From assembly GCA_002269645.1 (NCBI GenBank), contig NIVC01000423.1, positions 62,001 through 126,000 on the forward strand: a stretch of DNA of 64,000 nucleotides, given 5' to 3'. The notes beneath the pieces were generated by a model. The model was not told the origin of the DNA. It did no database searches and saw nothing but the letters and a program-made list of their open reading frames with translations. This stretch comes from Macrostomum lignano. Its lineage: Eukaryota. Positions 38,991 to 52,745 of this stretch are shown here, in pieces. Made by a program: the position numbers and the translations under genes. Position 1 is the first letter of the stretch; every line of letters starts with the position of its first letter.

Positions 38991-39536
38991 ACGTAACTGA
39001 GTTTTCGTCGATCTCACAGGGACCTGACCAAAAAAAGCTGTCTCTCAAAATCTCTCACCTAATCCGGCCTTTTAAAGCTACCCTTCCATAGGAGACTCAA
39101 TTCATGGGAAAATCCTCATAACTTGCTGGCAAATAAGTCTCATGGCATCTGTTGCCGCAAAGATTATGAACAAGTGTATTGTGTAAACTTTTCGGCGGAG
39201 TTAGTCAATTTAGTCAATAGAATTCAAAAGAAATGTTTAATCCTTATGTCGCTTCGGACAGAATTGTTAGTTCGCCCGCATGAGCAGGCCGACCAGAGTT
39301 TTGACTTATTTGATATTGATATTGGAATATGAGGTTGACTCAGCGGTGCCTGCAAAGTGTTCAACTGACTTGGAAAATTTGTCGAGAGATTGTTGGCCAA
39401 AGTGTCGCTTCAAGTCACTCGGTTTGTTTGCTTTCAAGGCGTTTTTGTCTTTTCTTTTGCTTTCTTTCTCATCTCATTTTCTGAAAAATTATTGTTTTCT
39501 GAAGGTTCCATAAAAAGTCTGGATTTCTTCTACACT

Positions 39537-40762
39537 GCTTCTAGATTGCTTCTAGATTGCTTCAAGATTGCTTCAAGATTGCTTCTAGATTGCTTCTAGA
39601 TTGCTTCTAGATTGCTTCAAGATTGCTTCTAGATTGCTTCTAGATTGCTTCTAGATTGCTTCTAGATTGCTTCAAGATTGCTTCTAGATTGCTTCTAGAT
39701 TGCTTCTAGATTGCTTCTAGATTGCTTCTAGATTGCTTCAAGATTGCTTCAAGATTGCTTCTAGATTGCTTCTAGATTGCTTCTAGATTGCTTCAAGATT
39801 GCTTCTAGATTGCTTCTAGATTGCTTCTAGATTGCTTCTAGATTGCTTCAAGATTGCTTCTAGATTGCTTCTAGATTGCTTCTAGACTGCTTTTAGATTG
39901 CTTCTAGACTGCTTCTAGATTGCTTCTAGATTGCTTCAAGATTGTTTCAAGATTGTTTCTAGATTGCTTCAAGATTGCTTCAAGATTGCTTCTAGATTGC
40001 TTCAAGATTGCTTCTAGATTGCTTCTAGATTGCTTCTAGATTGTTTCTAGACTGCTTTTAGATTGCTTCAAGATTGCTTCAAGATTGCTTCTAGATTGTT
40101 TCAAGATTGTTTCAAGATTGCTTCTAGATTGCTTCAAGATTGCTTCTAGATTGCTTCAAGATTGCTTCTAGACTGCTTTTAGATTGCTTCTAGATTGCTT
40201 CAAGATTGCTTCTAGATTGCTTCAAGATTGCTTCCAGACTGCTTTTAGATTGCTTCTAGATTGCTTCAAGATTGCTTCTAGATTGCTTCTAGATTGCTTC
40301 TAGATTGCTTCAAGATTGCTTTTAGATTGCTTCTAGATTGCTTCAAGATTGCTTCTAGACTGCTTTTAGATTGCTTCAAGATTGCTTCTGGATTGCTTCT
40401 AGATTGCTTCTAGATTGTTTTAAGATTGCTTCTAGATTGCTTCCAGACTGCTTTTAGATTGCTTCAAGATTGCATCTAGATTGCTTCCAGACTGCTTTTA
40501 GATTGCTTCTAGATTGCTTCTAGATTGCTTCCAGACTGCTTTTAGATTGCTTCAAGATTGCATCTAGATTGCTTCCAGACTGCTTCTAGATTGCTTCTAG
40601 ATTGCTTCTAGATTGCTTCTAGATTGCTTCCAGACTGCTTTTAGATTGCTTCAAGATTGCATCTAGATTGCTTCCAGACTGCTTCTAGATTGCTTCCAGA
40701 CTGCTTCTAGATTGCTTCTAGATTGCTTCTAGATTGCTTCTTGATTGCTTCTTGATTGCTTC
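39537..40762. repeat. 11-bp satellite (TTCTAGATTGC), ~110 copies
   Basis: Direct periodicity. Confidence 0.97.
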
Positions 40763-42615
40763 AGGTGCTGGCGCCCCTGGTGCTGGAAATATTTTGCTCT
40801 GTGACTTGGAATTATGAGGACATTCAAGGGCGCTTGATTATGTTACGCGGACTATGTGTGCTATGGGTCTTGGCCTCACCGTGTGAGCTCAGTATTTACC
40901 TGAAGCAACAATTGTTAAAGGTGCTGCAGCTCAAGGTGCGGCAGATCGACCCTGTTTAGTGGGATTAAAATTCTTGCATTTTGTATAAATACAACATTCA
41001 GAAATGCATGTACAGTCACTGAATACACGGTGACTGCAGTATTTGGCTGTCTGTCTGTTTGCCAATAAACGGAACAGCTAACAAAGCCTTGAATCATTGT
41101 TGCTGAGCCAGTGTTTGACTTTAATTTTTCTCATTTCTCTCTGCCTCCGCTCAAAATGCATGCATAATTCTCAGGCAGAAATGACGATTAACTTTGTTAG
41201 AATTTGAACAAGCGATGATTATATTGCTGCAGCTGTGGAAGTGGCACATTTCGATTTCTCCAGCTTTCTGCAGTTTCTTCCTTCCGCGATCAGAATTTCT
41301 TTTTTTTTCATCTTTTGGTTGAAATTGGCCAAAGAAATTTTTGATGACTTTTTGCCACCCCGCAAACTGGGGGTGTTTGCTCAATATTTACCCTCCCTCT
41401 CGCTTATACAAGTTGCAGCGATATTTTTTCGCTTGCTCAATATTTGCATTCAGCAGGAAAAGCCAATTTTTGTATTTGGCTGAGAAAAACCTGCCAGGGT
41501 TTATAGATTGCTTGTAAGAACACTTTCCTCTCGGTTATTCTCTCCAAGGCAAAGCAATTTAATCGGAAAAGTGACTGTAAATGCGCTTGAAAAATCATTT
41601 GATTGCTACTGTTAGTAGTGTTATTAAGACCAGTTATCTATTTTGGTAGCAGAAATTAATCTCACTCTAGATTCCCGTCGGTGTACATCACAGTACAGTA
41701 TTTCAAGGCACAAACTTTTCAAAGTCGTAGAATTTCTATTTTGTTGATGTTTTCGAATTTCGACTAAAATAAAAGTGAAGCCAAAGTTTCCTGTATTATA
41801 CGAGCTAAATTTGCACTGGAATTGCTTGCTAGCTTCGTAATTGCTATTTTAAGAAAAAAGTGCTCTTACTCACGAGTCTTACAAAAAAAGTCAGAAAATA
41901 CTCGAGTTGGCGAGTTGCAACTGTAGGAACTTAATTATTTGCCAAAAGTCAGTACACAAAATTAACCTCAGTAATTTCCCGAAAGTAAAAAGGTTATTTT
42001 TACGAATTACATACTTTTCTTTTCGCCCTTTGCTTGGCGGCTTCGCTACACTTTCTAGTCTTTTCTAGTTCGCTCGCTCCACGATTTCCTATTTACGAAT
42101 GGAAATTTACCATCGGAATAGAATCAGTGAGTTTGCTTGGTGCGATTTCAAAAAAACAAGCACGTGGTGGATAACAGGTGAGAAAATTACTTTGGTTCCG
42201 CTACATAGGAATCCTAATGATTCAAACAGGGGGGAGCATGCAATCATGCAGTCACTCGCTGATTGAGTGATTTTGATGCTCTTTACGCCACCACACGAGA
42301 CACGCGCGTGCCTAAATGACCTTGGGAAAACCCCCTGCCCGAGCGCGAGAAGCAAGGAAAAGCTTTGGGTAATGTACACTTCAATGTGCACTTACAAGCG
42401 TGTGTATGAAGTTAACGCCCAAAATAGACAGGAAGGGTCACAAATATTCAAGGCCCCTCTCTCCCTTCAAGAGGCCAAGAGACCACGCGGCTGAGAACTG
42501 ACTAAACTGTACAGTGAAACATATAAAGCAACGAAACACTTGGGAGGAATTCCTCATTCCAAGTTCTGAAGCAAGCCAAGGAGGCAATTGTCGCAAGTTC
42601 AAGCAACAATCGACA

Positions 42616-42986
42616 ATGGCTTCAACGGGAGTCCTAGCAGACGATGAATCGCTCTCATCATCGCCAAGCTGCAATCGAGGTCGTCAGCGAACTATTCGCA
42701 TTGACGTAATTCTACTAGACGGAACTCAATGCCAGGTGTGCCTAGATTACCGAGCCAACGGCCAAGACTGCCTGGACAAAGTCTGTCAGTGTTTGGGCGT
42801 ATTCCACGAAGTCGATTATTTCGGCTTAACCTACTTCGGCGCCAAACGCGAGGAGCTGTGGGTTAATATGCGCAACCGTTTGTACCAGCAATTGCCAACG
42901 ACCCTGGCGCTTAACGGCGTCTATCGGCTTTATCTAAGAGTCAAATTCTATGTGCCGCCTCACATGATGCTCCACCAGGAGACCAG
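42616..42986 (+). CDS. MYLIP: MYLIP/IDOL E3 ubiquitin ligase (FERM+RING), exon 1
   Basis: ANGQDCLDKVCQCLGVFHEVDYFGL...LWVNMRNR...LRVKFYVPPH matches IDOL FERM F1 ([24 protein letters not shown]...LRVKFFVEPH); donor GTAAGA phase 2. Confidence 0.9.
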
Positions 42987-43052
42987 GTAAGAAACAAAGC
43001 ATACTTAACCATACAATTCGGTTTTTATATCAGTAGCCAGGCCGGGGATAGT

Positions 43053-43612
43053 GCAATTGAAATGGCGCCCCCACAATTGAAATGGCCCCCACAGATGAAA
43101 TGGCGCCCCCACAATTGAAATGACGTCCCCAAAAATGAAATGGCGCCCCACAGTTGAAATGGCGCCCCCACAATTGAAATGACGCCCCCACAATTGAAAT
43201 GGCGCCCCCACAGTTGAAATGGCGCCCCCACAGTTGAAATGACGCCCCCACAATTGAAATGGCGCCCCCACAATTGAAATGGCGCCCCCACAATTGAAAT
43301 GGCGCCCCCACAATTGAAATGGCGCCCCCACAGTTGAAATGACGCCCCCACAATTAAAATGACGCCCCCACAATTGAAATGGCGCCCCCACAGTTGAAAT
43401 GACGCCCCACAGTTGAAATGACGCCCCCACAATTGAAATGGCGCCCCCACAATTGAAATGGCATCCCCACAGATGAAATGGCGCCCCCACAATTGAAATG
43501 ACGTCCCCAAAAATGAAATGGCGCCCCCACAGTTGACATGACGCCCCCACAATTGAAATGGCGCCCCACAATTGAAATGGCGCCCCCACAATTGAAATGG
43601 CGCCCCCCTAAA
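43053..43612. repeat. 20-bp minisatellite (AATTGAAATGGCGCCCCCAC) in MYLIP intron 1
   Basis: Direct periodicity. Confidence 0.95.
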
Positions 43613-43690
43613 AATGAAATGGCAATGGGGCGTCCCCCACTGAAGAGTTCCGAGTCCTGACTCTTAACAATGTCTGCCCCGCTGACACAG

Positions 43691-44263
43691 GCACCAAGTT
43701 TACCTGGACGTCCGGAGTCGACTACTGGACAGACATCACTGGCTGCTGGACAAGGAGCTTCAACAAGGTCAAGGATCTCGGAGTCCAGATTCGGGCAGCG
43801 ACGCTTCGTCGTCATTCGACTTAGAGGACAACAGTCATGAGGAGCCTCTGGCAGCCCGACTGGCCGCTTTAATTGTCCAAGCAGATTTTGGCAGCGGATC
43901 CTTGAGCAGCAGCAACAGATTATGCCGACAAATCTTAAGCCGTCTGCTTGACTTCAACGATGAAGACAGCTGCTACAACGACAATGACAGCAGCGGCGGC
44001 AGCGGCGGCAGCTGCGGGACTGACAGTTTCAGGGAGGAATTCTTGGAATTGTGCAAATCTGCCATGGAGTATCACAATAAATTGTTGGAGTTGTCACCAA
44101 CGGCGGCAGAGTACAGGCTGTTACAGACAGCATCAGCTGGCTTGTCAATGTACGGCAGTCACTATCACGAGGCTAAGGATCATTTGGAGTCCAGACTCAA
44201 TGTGGCCGTTGGTCCCGACGCTGTTTGGCTGTGCCGCCCGGATGCTAAAACTGCATTCGAAAG
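43691..44263 (+). CDS. MYLIP: MYLIP/IDOL exon 2 (FERM F2 and start of F3)
   Basis: Acceptor CACAG, donor GTAGGT, 573 nt phase 2/2 open; LAALIVQADFG, AAEYRLLQ, YGSHYH, VAVGPD. Confidence 0.88.
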
Positions 44264-44583
44264 GTAGGTGTTTTTTCGGGGGGCCGATATGTTTCTTAAT
44301 AAGTTTTTTCACTCGAAATTTATAACTCCGATATGTATCGAAAATAGATAATAGCGTCTGAAATAATGTCTTGCCGATATGTATAGAAAATAATCAATGC
44401 ATCGATATTACATATCGATATAACTTCACGCCGATATGTATCGAAAATAGTTTTTGTGTCCGTCATAATTTCCTGCCGATGTGTATCGAAAGTAAATGTT
44501 TTTAAAACACTTATAATGTGCATGTTTAAATTAGCTACTTCGTTTTCTTTTAAACAAAAATCTATTAAATCTGTACGTTGCAG

Positions 44584-44843
44584 ACATCCTTATCCGAGAG
44601 TGCAACAGGTGACAATTAGCGATCGATTTCTCTACCTGTCGCTGAGCCAAGAGAACGGCAGCATCAGAGAAATGGGATTCCGGTTGGCCAGCCCCAAAGC
44701 GGCGAACTGTCTGTACCGGTGCGTCACGGAGACGCACAGCTTTTTCCGGTGCGACACGGTTCGAAACAATGTGTCTACAAAGACTTGCCGCGATGTGAAG
44801 GGCGCGTTTGTGTCGCTCTTTGTTGAACGGGAGCTTTCGTCTG
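44584..44843 (+). CDS. MYLIP: MYLIP/IDOL exon 3 (FERM F3)
   Basis: LYRCVTETHSFFRCDTV...RDVKGAFVSLF matches IDOL LYRAITETHAFYRCDTV...RDLKGHLASLF; phase 2/1. Confidence 0.9.
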
Positions 44844-44850
44844 GTGAGTT

Positions 44851-45815
<965 letters not shown>

Positions 45816-46377
45816 CATCTCCAGGGGTTTACTTATTAGCCAGCTGAGCTACTGACGTCATTAAGCTTACTTGGGTAAAAACGTTTCGTGCCTTCTTTGA
45901 GCTGCAGTTATTATTCTTTGCAGAATTTTAGAGGTTATGGTAGCAAAGGCTATACTGACAGAATAGAAAGGTTGACGGCTGGCCCTTCCAAAAGGGGGTG
46001 TGTCTCTCCTTGTGTGTATCTTCTTGACTCTGACAATAGGCTAGATAGATGTGAATCTATATGAGCCTCTAAACTGTTGCTGCAGGCTTTGAACTTGTGT
46101 TAAAGTAAAAATTTGTCACAGCTGCTGGGAGTCGTAAATTATGTGTCACTCTGTCCAGTCTATTATTCTGTTTTAATCTGCTCTTTTTGGACCGTGTGAT
46201 AAATTTTACTTAAATCAGAAAATAGTGCTCAAAGCTTTTTTGACTTGTGTAACCTACGCTGCTACGCGTATGGCTAGTAAGTAGGTTTTTTCGTCAACAG
46301 TCTACTAACAGTAGAAAAAGTAGCTTATATGCTTTTTTATTTACACAATAATCTAAAAATATATCCAACATTTTCAG

Positions 46378-46547
46378 TTCGCAATTTTGTGTTCGACGTG
46401 CGACGCACAGCGAAGGAGGTGCACGACAATGCGAGGCGGCAGTTGCACAAGTGCCTGTCTGCCGCTTCCGCCGCTCCAGGCATTTCCGGTGCCGAGGCTA
46501 AGAAAGTGGAAGATGTGGACAGAATTTCAGACAAAGGGAACGACGAG
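46378..46547 (+). CDS. MYLIP: MYLIP/IDOL exon 4
   Basis: FVFDVRRTAKEVHDNARRQL (IDOL [20 protein letters not shown]); acceptor TTTTCAG, donor GTAATT, phase 1/0. Confidence 0.88.
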
Positions 46548-46633
46548 GTAATTTTACAATCTGTATATTAACTTCTGTGCTTCGCTAAAACTGAACTGAT
46601 TAATAGAATGAACTAAAAAATGCATATTTCCAG

Positions 46634-46840
46634 ACTCGCGCCAGTCTACTCGAACGAATTCGTCGACTAGAGCAGTCGCGCCTATGCCAAATCTGCTCAG
46701 ATGCCAGCGTTTCAATTGTATTCCTGCCCTGCGGTCACATGATGGCTTGCGGCGGCTGCGCCAACCGGCTGGAGACCTGCCCGATCTGTCGAGCAGAAAT
46801 TTGCACACGGCAAGCCTGCTTTGTTCCTTGGCAAGACTGA
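46634..46840 (+). CDS. MYLIP: MYLIP/IDOL exon 5 (C-terminal RING); joined protein 526 aa
   Basis: Not in the ORF track; translates TRASLLERIRRLEQSRLCQICSDASVSIVFLPCGHMMACGGCANRLETCPICR...WQD*; acceptor TTTCCAG phase 0. Confidence 0.9.
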   Translation, partial: TRASLLERIRRLEQSRLCQICSDASVSIVFLPCGHMMACGGCANRLETCPICRAEICTRQACFVPWQD

Positions 46841-49149
46841 TTAATACACACTGTGTATATGCGTGTGCGATATCGTTTTTCTGCCGATATGTATGGAAAC
46901 AATTATAAATTGAATTCTTAATATCCAGAATGAAATGCACCGATATGATAAAGATTGATATAAATTTCAATTACAGTTTTCTGGTGAGGATTCTACAGAT
47001 ATGTTTCGAAGCATTTTATATAGTTGATTCTAAAAGTTCAGACTAGACTGCGCCGATATGTATCGAAACGAATTCAAACAATTAAAAAGGCGTGTTGAAG
47101 TTAACATCTATGTTATATGTGGCTCATATTAAATCTATCATTTAAATCAAATTAACTAAGGTCAACTCTAGTTAACCAATGGACTGATCCTTGATCTCTG
47201 GCGTAGCTCTGTGATGGATTTAATTTACACTTTCAGAATTTTGATTTCATAATTTTGTTGATTATGGTGTTAACCTTATATTTCTTATAATTTAGATTGA
47301 GTTAAATATTTGATTTCTTTCTTCAGTTGTAAAATTTTGTCGCATACACACAAGTAAATATTAAACCCTATTGTGGCTTTCTGGCAATACCTCGAACAAA
47401 TACCGTACACTTGAGTGCATTGTATGACTATGTAAATTTATTTAAACCTATACTCCCCGTGTACATGTAACGTGTATACTTTCTAATCTTTGTGCAAAAC
47501 AGCTGCAGTTTGCAAATTTGCAAGGTTTAAATAAAATGATTCACATTCGGATTTTACTGTAAATGTACATGCATGATAGATATCGATTTTTCATCTATGC
47601 TTTTAACAATTAACTTTGCTTTTGCACTGCTGCAAAAGTCTGTGCAGTGTATGTGCTGTCCAGCTTCGTGGAATTCTTTTAAACAGTGTTTTTAACAGCT
47701 AATATCCACTTTCATGTAAGTACACTTTGAACTTGTCGTTGACCTGCTGTCAAAAATATACACTATACAGTGAACATCAAAGTTGTAGTTTAACTGCATC
47801 GCCAGTTTTTTTCAACGAGAAAACATTGCGGTTTTCTGTCTGCTTACCGCTAAATTTCTGTAATAAGTTTACACGTATTCGATAATAAATTTTATTAAAA
47901 ACCCGAATTTGAAGCCGTATATATACGTATATGTACATGAATTTCACAGGTAAAATGACAATGACAAAATGTACAAATTTACTTGTAAAGAAAAAAATTT
48001 GTAAAATTTCGTGTGCGTTTGTGTCACGACCTGAATAAAGAATTTACAATGCTCTTAACTGTACGTACATATAGTACATGTCAACTCGTATTTTGTCTAC
48101 ACAGAGTATAAAGATAGTACACAGGTAGTAAACCGGACCAGAACCGGAAATTTGTTGAAGTTCGACACATGCAGATCGGTGTCTAACGCAGCCTGGTGTT
48201 TGAGTGTCATTAAAGCTTTTGGTTCCAGCTTACATGTACAGCTGATGTACATCAGTACATGTGCATGTACATGTTATTGGCTTTGACAGTTCGACGAGAT
48301 TTAAAAGGCACCAATATAGCTAGTCCGTTATCACAGTTATTTTACTCTGTCTTCAGTGTATTTTTTTCTACTGCAAGTGCACTTTTGCTGATGAGTAGGT
48401 GGGCTAGTATTGCTGCAGCTGCAGCAGCTAGCTGTGTGACGTGTACATGTACAGTGTAAGTGTACATGCTGTCAGTTGTCAACTCAAAATTAATCGTCTC
48501 GACTATATAGCCTCGGGTAGGGTTTTGTAATGAATTTGCGAAAGTTGTTAAAAAACAAAAATATCAGTTGTCTAAGGATGTTGTGATATTGTTCCATCCA
48601 TCCAGATTCGATTCAATACCTATAATCAAAATTTCAATTCAAATTTGCGCCAAAAGAAGCACTAGTTTAATAAACTACTTCAAAAATTTTATTATGCAAT
48701 ATAAGCTAAAAGTACTCACTTACTCTTTAATTAAATAAATTAAGTAAGCATTGCTTTTGATGTGTTTGAAGGAGTTTCCCTTGCAATTTTGTCATTTTTG
48801 CGAACCATATTTAAACGGTTTTTCAACCGACGACGTTAAAACAGCGCGGCTAAACGGGCTAATTGTGCTAAGTGCCTAGTCCTGAGTTGGATAGATTCAC
48901 ATCGTGGGGGGTTTGGCATGCCTATTGACTATTGATGACTTTCTATAAAATTTGCTGTTAGAAATCCAAGATCATCATCTAACTATCCACCCAACTGCGG
49001 GCACTTCATAATGACTTAGGCCCTAGTCAATGGCTCGTCTCGTTTGCTGATGAGTGATGAGTGATGACTGACTGATGAGCTTTGCAGGGTTCATTTATTA
49101 ACATTAAGCCTCTATTTGAGAATCAAATTATGATGCCTTTATGATTCAA

Positions 49150-49310
49150 AGTGGGGTTCAATTCCCGATCCCACTGGAACAATTTTTGTCCTTGAGCAAG
49201 ACACTTAGGTCCTACCGGCCTAACTCTGTCTGAGCTGCATTGCTTCAGTTTACCGACGAAACCGACACAGCTATCAAATGGGTAGCTACCAGCATTAGCT
49301 GGGGTAATTA
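49150..49310 (+). mobile_element. tRNA-derived SINE fragment (CORE-SINE-like)
   Basis: B-box-like GGTTCAATTCCC followed by TGTCCTTGAGCAAGACACTT and AAATGGGTAGC, resembling the CORE domain of MIR/AFC-type SINEs; no A box or TSD resolved. Confidence 0.5.
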
Positions 49311-50399
49311 TGGGTGTGTGTCGACCCCCCGCCTCCAGTTCTTGGACTAAACAGAAACAGCTGTGTGCAGCAGTGCAGTCTGTAGATGTGCCATGCAATA
49401 GCTGTGGCTTAGGCTTAGCTAGCTTACTAGGCCTAGGCCTACTTTTTATACCTTAACACTTTGAAGATAGCATCTATATATATTCAATCAAATTATAGAT
49501 TCTTTTTACTATTATCAAATATTTGTCAAATTCTATTTAGAAAAAGCATCTTTAAATCATTTTAGACAACATGGCTAACCAAGTTGCTTTTAATAGGCCT
49601 AGGCCTTAGCTTTTTGATATGATTATAGTGATAAGCAATACAAGGTTATCATTTGTATTTGATGGTTACAATAGAAATATTGAGTGTGTAGCTATACTAT
49701 AGGCAGGGTCTTAAGGGAAAAGTAGAATGAAACTAAAAAATAAGCTTTGCAAAAGAAAGAATATAATATTATAGACTTAAAAAAAATTACAGAATAAAAG
49801 TTGAACAAAGCTTAAGCCATATAATATATAACAAAGACAGAAAAACAATAGGCCCCTTAATGCATTAAAGCTCTAGGTTGAGCTCTAATGTATATATAAA
49901 ATATATTATATCCTTTTTATGGAACAAAAGGCATAGGGCCAATATTTGTGCATAGACATTAATAACAATCATAGAAAAACTGTTTAAACTATTGGAAATG
50001 ACTAAGGCCTATGCCAGAGTATTAGGCCTATATTAAGTAGGCCTACATAATTAAGTAAAATAGTTTTTGGTTATCTCAAGAATCCTTTTTGGAAAAATTG
50101 ACATTTTATAGGTGGCTATCTAGTATACTTTAAAAAGTGCACCTTTCTAATGTAGCATGGTATACCAAAAGGGTTAAAGGATAATATACCAGATAGGCTA
50201 AGGGGTAGCACTCTAAAAAATAGCACATGTTCGAAAAGTGGCACATAAAAGTAATAGCATATTTGAGGGTAACAAACATACTTATATTATCCTTCTAGCT
50301 GCACCAAATTGCAGAAGGCTTTATCATCTTCATAGTCTTGTAAAGCTACCAAATTTTCATAGTAATTTTAGTTAAAAAACATTTTAATAATAGTTAGTC

Positions 50400-52354
50400 T
50401 GCAGGCCAAGGTGAGAAGATATGCAAAGTTTAATATTTTTGACATAAATTTCTACTAAGTGAAAATAATAAGCTGCTTATTAGGCCTAGCTAAATTAAAA
50501 AAACTTAAGACTCTTAACTTATAAGAGGTCTTAGGCAAGTTGATCATTGTCAATAGGCCTACTATCATTTGTTTAATAAAAATCAGACAAATTGTATAGG
50601 ATTAAACTATTAAATATTAGCTGATAAAGTAACTTATTCATAGTTACTCTTGCTATTTACCCATTTGCCCCCTAGATTGCAGTATACAAATAGTATACAA
50701 AGTGTGTTGTGTTATGCTAAACACTAAGAATTTATTCCAATAGGGTCAAGAATTGTCTATAGTCAATCAAAGTAAAAAGTGATCAAGTGCATAGCATGTA
50801 TAGGTGCTATGACAGGGCAACATAGCCATATGCTCTTGGTTTAGACTTTGTTCTATAGCAATGGTACCTAGATCTTTATCTCTTGATTCTTCGTTGATAT
50901 TTGGAACTGAAGAATCAGTTCAGTTTCATAACCTTCCTCCTTGTCTGTGGCAAATGGAATAGCTATAGGTACTAGTTGATTTGTACTAGCTAGGTGCAAG
51001 CTTATTTTTAGCCAGAATCAATATAGTTATTTTGTCCTAAAGTCATTGAAATATGCTTGAGACCATGTCTATAAACCTAGTCTGATTCATTAGGTAGCTT
51101 TTTGACTTGTGAAAGAAAATGTGCCATCCAATAGACTAAGGCTAATTTTTTTGCACTGGGTTCTTTGCTAATACTAAGATATAAAATTGCATCCAAGGTC
51201 CAATTTAAAGATGCAGTTTCATAACCTTCCTCCTTGTCAGTGGCAAATAGAATAGCCATAGGTACTAGTTGATTTGTACTAGCTAGGTGCAAGCTCTTTT
51301 TAGCCAGAATCAATACAGTTATCTTGTCCTAAAGTCATTAAAAATATGCCTGAGACCATGTCTACAAACCTAGTCTGATTCATTAAGTAGCTTTTTGACT
51401 TGTGAAAGAAAATGTGCCATCCAATAGACTGAGGCTAATTTTTTGCACTAGGTTCCTTGCTAATGGGCCTACTAAAATATAAAACTGCATCCAAGGTCCA
51501 ATTTAAAGATGCAGTTTGGAAAGTCATAATATATAGTATTCCTATTGCACAAAAATAAACCTAGGTTATATAGCAGCTGCCTAGTTGATTGCTTTGTTAC
51601 ATAAAAATATGTAAGAGATTTAGCTAATGGGCCCACTATATAATTTTGTAATTTTTATATCAGGAAGGCTTCTGTGCCATTCAAAGTAGCCATTAGTAAA
51701 AAGCACCATGTCTAGCTCTTGGCTGTCTTGTCCCTAGGACCATTGGACAATTGCCCTGGGTCCAGGTGAATATGTAGCAGTTCTAGAACTGGCTAGTTTA
51801 GACAAGCAACAAGTTCTTGTGACTGCATAGCTTGCTATTATAGTGGCAGCTTAGCAGCATGGTCTTGTTTAGGTGGGAGATATCTATGGTGTCATCCAAC
51901 ACCTATATCACATCTAGGAGCTTGCATATCTTCTTTAAGTTGATTTTGGTCAGTAGCTTTTATCCAATTCTTGCAGGCACTTTTTGGTGTCCTATTTGAA
52001 CCAGTTGTCAAAGTTTTCTCAATAGTTTTCAAGTAATCATGATAATCATCATATAGAGTCAAGGATATAGAAGCAGGCTTGAAGTTGCAGATTATAACCT
52101 GCAACCTATTATAACCTAGACTGGGCTCATTTGCTTTTCAACTTCAGCTGCAACTCAATAGAGTGCTTGGTGAACTTCTGCAACAACTTGGTCAAGTGGA
52201 TAGTGCAGCCAATCAAGGCAGTTACAAATAAAACCAGCCAAAAAAGCCATTAAGCTGTGCATCTGGACAGGAAGATATGCAACAACCCATGGGTTCTTGT
52301 GAAAACAGCCAGCTCCTTTGTGGCACTAGTCATTGTATAGAGCTGGGCTTGCAT
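50400..52354 (-). pseudogene. DEG/ENaC (amiloride-sensitive channel family) pseudogene, copy B, many stops and frameshifts, internal ~295 bp tandem duplication
   Basis: Manual translation: FTRTHGLLHIF (HG motif), TM1 WLFWLVLFVTALIGCTIHL, VIICNFKP, SHLNKTMLLSCHYNSKLCSHKNLLLV*TSQF*NCYIF, IGWHIFFH, in canonical ENaC order; left boundary uncertain. Confidence 0.8.
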
Positions 52355-52544
52355 TTTTGTATCCTGTTTAATAGAATGCTGCAGATTTTATAATTCAATT
52401 ACTAACAAGATTTTTGCTAGTGTCTAGAAAATATCTAGTAGACTAAAGCTAATTGTTCTATAGTAGCTGTTTAATGGCTTTGCTATATAAGAATATGCAA
52501 AAGATATAGCCAATAGGCCAACTATACAATTTTGTAATTGCTAT

Positions 52545-52745
52545 ATTAGAAAGGCTTCCATGCCATCTAACATAGCTATCAGTGAAGTACACCATGTTCA
52601 GCATGCTGGGTGACTGCCATAGGTCTAGGTGGAAAGTTCAGCATTTTTAGAACCAGCTGGTCTAGACAAGCAAAAAGTTCTTATGACTGCATAGCCTGCT
52701 ATTATAATGGCAGCTTAGCAGCATGGTCTCATTGAAGTGGGACTT
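52545..52745 (-). pseudogene. DEG/ENaC pseudogene fragment, copy A (diverged paralogue of the extracellular segment)
   Basis: SHFNETMLLSCHYNSRLCSHKNFLLV*TSWF*KC*TF...LNMVYFTDSYVRWHGSL aligns with copy B at ~51660-51880. Confidence 0.75.

Noticed and set aside
39537-40762. 11-bp satellite as another HSE array
   Set aside because: TTCTAGAT has GAT not GAA and the 11-bp period breaks pentamer spacing
43354-43815. Minus-strand 153-aa ORF
   Set aside because: Antisense shadow of MYLIP exon 2 running into the intronic satellite
51077-51313. ORF ILAKKSLHL...ATDKEEGYETAS as a Mutator-like transposase fragment
   Set aside because: Another frame of the same DNA gives DEG/ENaC motifs in the expected order
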